Below are positions 59,057 through 64,000 of a stretch of DNA of 64,000 nt, piece by piece. This DNA comes from Treponema sp. (lineage in GTDB: Bacteria > Spirochaetota > Spirochaetia > Treponematales > Treponemataceae): the NCBI GenBank assembly GCA_017521105.1, contig JAFXDY010000175.1, positions 562-64,561 on the forward strand, given 5' to 3'. A program made the position numbers and the translations under genes. The notes under the pieces are model-generated. The model had not been told where the DNA came from. It searched no databases and was given only the letters and a program-made list of their open reading frames with translations. Position 1 is the first letter of the stretch. Each line of letters starts with the position of its first letter.

Positions 59057-61123
59057 ATGAAAAAAAATCTTTTGAAATTTGTTATTCTTAGTATTTTTTG
59101 TTTCTCTTTATATGGACAGGTTACAACAAATGATGCTGGAATGACTGTGCCAGAAGATAGAATTAGAACAGATAAAGAAACTTTTGCTTCTGATGAATTT
59201 AGGCGTGGAGTTCAAGCTTATTATAAGGGGGCATTTAACGAAGCTATTGTTCAGTTTGAAAGAGCTTTGTCTTATATGCCTAATGATAATTTAATTTTGG
59301 AATGGCTTGGAAAAACATACTATAAAGCTGGAGTTGAAGGTACAGCATTACAATATTGGAATAATGCAAGCAATAATGGTTACGGTGGACTTTTACTTCA
59401 AAATAAAATTGAAATAGTTAGAGAACGTAGAGTTACAGGTGATTCTGAAGATAAACTAATGAGATTATCGGAAGCTGGAAGTTTTTCTGGTACTTTTAAT
59501 GGAGAATTAATTTTTAGTGGACCTGTTTCTGTTTTGCCAAATTCTAACGGTACAATGTATATTGCAACTTACAATTCTAATCAAATTATTTTGATGAACC
59601 AAAATGGAAAAATTCTTGATAGAATTTCGGGGCCATTAAATGGTTTTGACAGACCTTCAGATTTGATTAGATTAAAAGATGGAAATATTCTTGTAAGTGA
59701 AACATTTGGAGATAGGTTAGCATTATTAGATAAAAAAGCAAAATTTATTAAATATATTGGGCAGAAGGGGCGTAAGCTTGGTGAAGTTGTTGGACCGTTG
59801 TATCTTGCTCAAGATTCTTTGGAACGAATTTATGTAACAGATTCTGGTAACAGAAGAGTTGATGTTTTTGATAAAGATGGGAATGCCTTGTTTTTCTTTG
59901 GTGCAAAACAAACTTATTTTGATGGATTAAAAATGCCAACTGGTATTGCAGTTTTTGATGAAACTGTTTTTGTTGCCGACGCAGATAAAGGATGTATTTT
60001 TCAGTTTGATACTGCAGGAAACTATATTGGCGAATTAGTTGAACCAAAAACTTTTGAAAAACCTGAATCAATTAAAATTTGGAATGATAAATTAATTGTT
60101 TGTGATAAAAATAAGATTTTGGCTGTAGATCCTTATTCAGGTGCTTTATTTGAATATGTTAGAACTGGAAATGCTCCTTCAAGAGTTACTACTGCTGTGC
60201 CTGATGTGAATCAAAATATTGTTGTTTCTGATTTTACTGCAAATGAAATTTATATTATGTCAAAAACTCAGGAACTAGTAGGTGGATTTTTTGTTCAAAT
60301 TGAACAAATTGATTCTTCTAGATTTCCTAACGTGACATTAGAAATAAAAGTAGAAAATAGACATAGACAACCTGTTGTTGGATTGCAAGAACCAAACTTT
60401 TATCTTACAGAAAACAAGAGACCTGTAAATAAAGTAAAATTTTTAGGAGCTGCTTCTAACAACGATTTTGCAGATATTACATTAATTATTGACCGTTCAT
60501 CAAATTGCCAATTATATAAAAATGAAATTGAAACTGCTGTAAAAGAAGTTGCTGCTGCGATGGAAGAAAAGGGCACTTTACGGGTAATTTCTGCAGGTGC
60601 AATTCCTGTAACTGAATATATTGGAAAGCCTTCAGGTGTTCAAAACTTTACTTTGGAAACGTTAAAAAATCCTGTTTCTGAAAATGTTTCTGTAGATTTG
60701 GCTTTAAGACTTGCCACAAATGATTTGATTAATGCAGAAAAAAAACGTTCAATTATTATGATTTCTGGTGGAAATACAAATAATTATTCTTATTCAAAAT
60801 ATAATTTAGCAGAAATAACTTCTTACATGAATAATAATAGTGTTTGTTTTTCTTTTATTCATGTTATGCAAAACGCTCTAAGTTCTGAAATGAGTTATAT
60901 TGTAAATAATACTTGTGGAGAGTTGTATTATATTTTTAGACCAGAAGGACTAAAAAATATTATTAATGATATTTTAGAAATTCCTCAGGGTGTATATCAA
61001 TTATCTTATACTTCTTCTTTGCCTACTAATTTTGGACAATCGTATCTTCCTGTTGAATGTGAAGTTTATTTGCTTAATAGAAGTGGAAGAGATGAAAGTG
61101 GTTACTTTGCACCATTAAAATAA
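59057..61123 (+). CDS. Exported TPR + NHL beta-propeller + vWA-like protein (candidate flagellar collar protein)
   Basis: Signal peptide; TPR; NHL repeats (IYVTDSGNRRVDVFD, PTGIAV..VADA); LIIDRS vWA-like strand. Confidence 0.8.
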   Translation: MKKNLLKFVILSIFCFSLYGQVTTNDAGMTVPEDRIRTDKETFASDEFRRGVQAYYKGAFNEAIVQFERALSYMPNDNLILEWLGKTYYKAGVEGTALQYWNNASNNGYGGLLLQNKIEIVRERRVTGDSEDKLMRLSEAGSFSGTFNGELIFSGPVSVLPNSNGTMYIATYNSNQIILMNQNGKILDRISGPLNGFDRPSDLIRLKDGNILVSETFGDRLALLDKKAKFIKYIGQKGRKLGEVVGPLYLAQDSLERIYVTDSGNRRVDVFDKDGNALFFFGAKQTYFDGLKMPTGIAVFDETVFVADADKGCIFQFDTAGNYIGELVEPKTFEKPESIKIWNDKLIVCDKNKILAVDPYSGALFEYVRTGNAPSRVTTAVPDVNQNIVVSDFTANEIYIMSKTQELVGGFFVQIEQIDSSRFPNVTLEIKVENRHRQPVVGLQEPNFYLTENKRPVNKVKFLGAASNNDFADITLIIDRSSNCQLYKNEIETAVKEVAAAMEEKGTLRVISAGAIPVTEYIGKPSGVQNFTLETLKNPVSENVSVDLALRLATNDLINAEKKRSIIMISGGNTNNYSYSKYNLAEITSYMNNNSVCFSFIHVMQNALSSEMSYIVNNTCGELYYIFRPEGLKNIINDILEIPQGVYQLSYTSSLPTNFGQSYLPVECEVYLLNRSGRDESGYFAPLK

Positions 61124-61140
61124 ATAAACTTTTGTTTTAA

Positions 61141-63999
61141 TTAGAACTCTATTTTTAATCCTAAGTTTAATAAAATTCCTAGTGTTATTGGTGATGTTTC
61201 TGAAATTGAAGCATTACATCCACAACCTAGTTCAATATCTGTGTATTTTAGAATGTTTACTTTGTTGTAATGCAAATACTGGTAGTTTTGAGAAAAATTA
61301 TTATTTGAACAACCAATCTTAAAATTAAATGTATCTTTTCGTTCAATTTTACCAGTAATTTGTTTATCAAAAATTAAGTTCCAAAGGGATGTTATTAAAC
61401 TTGTTTTTCCGGGGCGTTCCCAACTCATTTGTCCGCTTATTGAAAAATCATTTGTAGTTGAATATGCCCCGTTAAGGCCAACTCTAATTTTGTTTGATTG
61501 TTTCAAATAAATTAAACATTGTGAATACAAGTCAATTGCAAATAAAGATTCTGATACAATTAAATTGGGTATTTGGTATTTTGCTAAAAGTGATAATTCA
61601 AAATCTAAGTATTTTGTAATTGCTGTGTTTGTTGTTTGCAATTTAAATTGATAAATATCGTTTAGGGCTAAAATTCTTGTTACGTCTCTTGTGCAGTCAA
61701 AAATTACTAATGATGGAATGTAGAAATCTGAATTTGTATTAAAAAGTTTTCTTTTCCATTGAAGTTTGTATGTTGAATTGTATGCTTTTGAAACATTTTT
61801 TTGTAAATTATTAATTTTATTTGGTATTGTTTTTATGAATAAATCTGCAAAAGGAAAAACTCCATAAAACCAACTGTTTTGTTGTTGTGAAGCAAAAAGT
61901 TGTTTTGTATCTGAAAGGTAGTTTCCATTTGTAGTTGTATTTGCATTATTAGATATAGATTTTTCCCAACTAAATGAAAAATAATTATTTTTGAATGTAA
62001 GTGGTAAATTTATTTTTGTAGTGGTTGTGTCTTTGTGAATTGCATTAATTTGATTGTTATAATTTTGCTTAAAGTTTATTAAAATGTCTGGTGTAAAATT
62101 TAAATATGGTGTTGTTACAGTAATTTTTTCTTCGTATTCTTCTGTTCTTGAGTAAGCGTTTGAAAGTCCTGTTGAAAAGGCTAATTTTGTTGTGGAAAGC
62201 CAATAGTCAAAATATTGGTAATTTTGAATTTGTGGTGTTTGTGAAAATCCTTTTTGTGCTTTTTGGCTAACATTTGCGTTTGTGGTTGAATCAATTAATA
62301 AATCAAAAATTGGAATTTGAAAGTTAAATATTAAGTTTGTATTTTGATTTTGGGCATACAAAGTGTCTTTAGCAATTGTAGAAAAATCAACCAAAATTGG
62401 AACTTCAAAATCGTAAAAGTTTGTGCTAATTTTGTTTTCTTTTGCTAACAGTTTGCTTGATTTTTCAAATCTATAAGTTTCGTCAAAAGATAAAAAGTTT
62501 AATATTTTGTCTTTTGATTTTATTGTGTGACCTGCATTTGATATTCCATTATTACTTTGTGGATTTGAAGAAAGATCAAAAGAAATATCACCACCTAAAA
62601 TTATTCCTAAAAGTTCTGTTTTTGCTACAATTGAATTATCATTATTAATTTCTGGTGATGATGCATTGCTAAAATCAACACTTTGGTTTGAAACTAAAGA
62701 AATATTTGTTTTTTCTGTGTTATATTCTGTTGCAAATTGATTGTTAAGTAAAACATTTGCTTTTGAACCTTCAAAATATACATTGTTTACATAAAAATTT
62801 CCGTTTTCTATTATTTCATTATTGATAACTGTATTAATTTTTAATTTTAATCTGTTTGGCGAGTAAGCTTTGTTTATAAATAAATGGTATTCGCTTTGAT
62901 TTAATTTTGTCTTATTTATATAAACTTCATTTGTTTTAGTATTAATTGTTAATGTGTTGTAGTTTATTGTTTCTGAATTGTTTTTTATTATATTTGAGAT
63001 GTTTAAAAGTTGTAATTTTACAGCAATATTTCCATCAGAAATTGCATTTTGAGCACCGTTATCCAATATGAATTCTAATTGGTATTGTGTTTCAAAATGT
63101 TCTGTTAATGTATTTTTTTTGTTGAAGTTATAGGCAAAATCAAAATTTATTGTTTCGTATTGATTAAAATTTGATTTATTAAAATACTTTATTGCTGTTA
63201 TGTATGAATCTTCAATTTCCTTAGATGCAGAAATTGTTTGCCAGTTTATTTTTGTTGAATAATTATCTTCAAAATTTGTTATTTTTGTACTTGTTGAATT
63301 TGTATCTAAAACTTGTTCTGTAGTAATTTGAAAATTAGAGTCTGAGTAAGTAAAAACATCTTGATAATTTGGCTGGTACGGTCCAAAATATATTGTTCCT
63401 GTTGATGTTGCATTTCCTTTTGAAACTACAATTAATCTTGCATCTTTACTAGATGTTAATCTGATTCTGTTTTCTTCTGATATTTTTATTTTTACAGTTT
63501 GCCATTTGTTTTGTGTTAAATCTAATTGTGTTATTACGTTTTTATCTGAAAGATTTGTAAGTTCCCAATAGGGTAAATTATCATATTCTCCTAAATATTC
63601 GTTATTGGCATTTATTCCCAACACCAAATAAACGCTTAAATTTGTTAAATTTTCTGAGTTTTGAATAATTTGTGGTTGAAGTGCCACTTCTAATTCTGAA
63701 CAAGAAGAAATATTGTCTAAATTTGAAAGTTTTACGTCAATTGATTGCCAAAAATATTGGTTTGAATTGGCAGAAGAACTAAATTCCTTGAAGTTCCAAA
63801 ATAATGGTATTTTGTAGCCTGTAATATCTGAATCTTTTTGAGCAATTATAGGTTCATCTTTATTTTTATAAATCATTTCCAATGGAACGTTTATTTTTGG
63901 AAGATTTTTTGTTTGAAAACCGTCATTTGATGATAAATAATATGTTTGTGGAATGTTAGAACTTTGTGTTGAAGCAAGATAAATTCCAGAAATATCATT
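61141..63999 (-). CDS. Large hypothetical protein, possibly outer-membrane; 5' end outside window
   Basis: Frame stays open from the window edge; N/T/S-rich, beta-rich, terminal LGLKIEF resembles a beta-signal. Confidence 0.7.
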   Translation of the reverse strand, partial: NDISGIYLASTQSSNIPQTYYLSSNDGFQTKNLPKINVPLEMIYKNKDEPIIAQKDSDITGYKIPLFWNFKEFSSSANSNQYFWQSIDVKLSNLDNISSCSELEVALQPQIIQNSENLTNLSVYLVLGINANNEYLGEYDNLPYWELTNLSDKNVITQLDLTQNKWQTVKIKISEENRIRLTSSKDARLIVVSKGNATSTGTIYFGPYQPNYQDVFTYSDSNFQITTEQVLDTNSTSTKITNFEDNYSTKINWQTISASKEIEDSYITAIKYFNKSNFNQYETINFDFAYNFNKKNTLTEHFETQYQLEFILDNGAQNAISDGNIAVKLQLLNISNIIKNNSETINYNTLTINTKTNEVYINKTKLNQSEYHLFINKAYSPNRLKLKINTVINNEIIENGNFYVNNVYFEGSKANVLLNNQFATEYNTEKTNISLVSNQSVDFSNASSPEINNDNSIVAKTELLGIILGGDISFDLSSNPQSNNGISNAGHTIKSKDKILNFLSFDETYRFEKSSKLLAKENKISTNFYDFEVPILVDFSTIAKDTLYAQNQNTNLIFNFQIPIFDLLIDSTTNANVSQKAQKGFSQTPQIQNYQYFDYWLSTTKLAFSTGLSNAYSRTEEYEEKITVTTPYLNFTPDILINFKQNYNNQINAIHKDTTTTKINLPLTFKNNYFSFSWEKSISNNANTTTNGNYLSDTKQLFASQQQNSWFYGVFPFADLFIKTIPNKINNLQKNVSKAYNSTYKLQWKRKLFNTNSDFYIPSLVIFDCTRDVTRILALNDIYQFKLQTTNTAITKYLDFELSLLAKYQIPNLIVSESLFAIDLYSQCLIYLKQSNKIRVGLNGAYSTTNDFSISGQMSWERPGKTSLITSLWNLIFDKQITGKIERKDTFNFKIGCSNNNFSQNYQYLHYNKVNILKYTDIELGCGCNASISETSPITLGILLNLGLKIEF

Positions 64000-64000
64000 T

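Noticed and set aside
1-64000. CRISPR array, prophage, IS transposase or defence island
   Set aside because: No regularly spaced repeats and no phage, transposase or defence ORFs seen; the excisionase-like HTH at 28045 belongs to a PTS fusion regulator

Overview
A low-GC chromosomal segment from a spirochete, very probably a Treponema. The assignment rests on two FlaB flagellins, tamB-bamA-skp-mutS, cheW-DegT-nadK-recN and lnt-galK-like-surE-TPR/NHL gene order. It is mostly housekeeping, envelope and flagellar genes plus one tRNA(CAU). I found no CRISPR array, prophage or transposase. Main highlights: (1) a split class III ribonucleotide reductase. NrdD stops right after its Zn ribbon in a basic helical tail. 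The glycyl-radical motif (YARIVGYY) is on a separate small protein with an acidic N-terminal helix and a fused CPNC redoxin domain, and this gene has its own NrdR-box-overlapped promoter shared with nrdG. (2) A sigma70-like orphan protein behind a near-consensus sigma54 promoter. (3) A 72-bp palindromic insertion with 8-bp direct repeats, in frame inside recN, related to two intergenic palindromic elements. (4) Sigma28 promoters positioned for leaderless transcripts of non-flagellar genes. (5) A boxA-containing, highly structured leader on the second flagellin, against CsrA-type GGA hairpins on the first. All product calls come from motif recognition and recalled synteny; no database searches were run.
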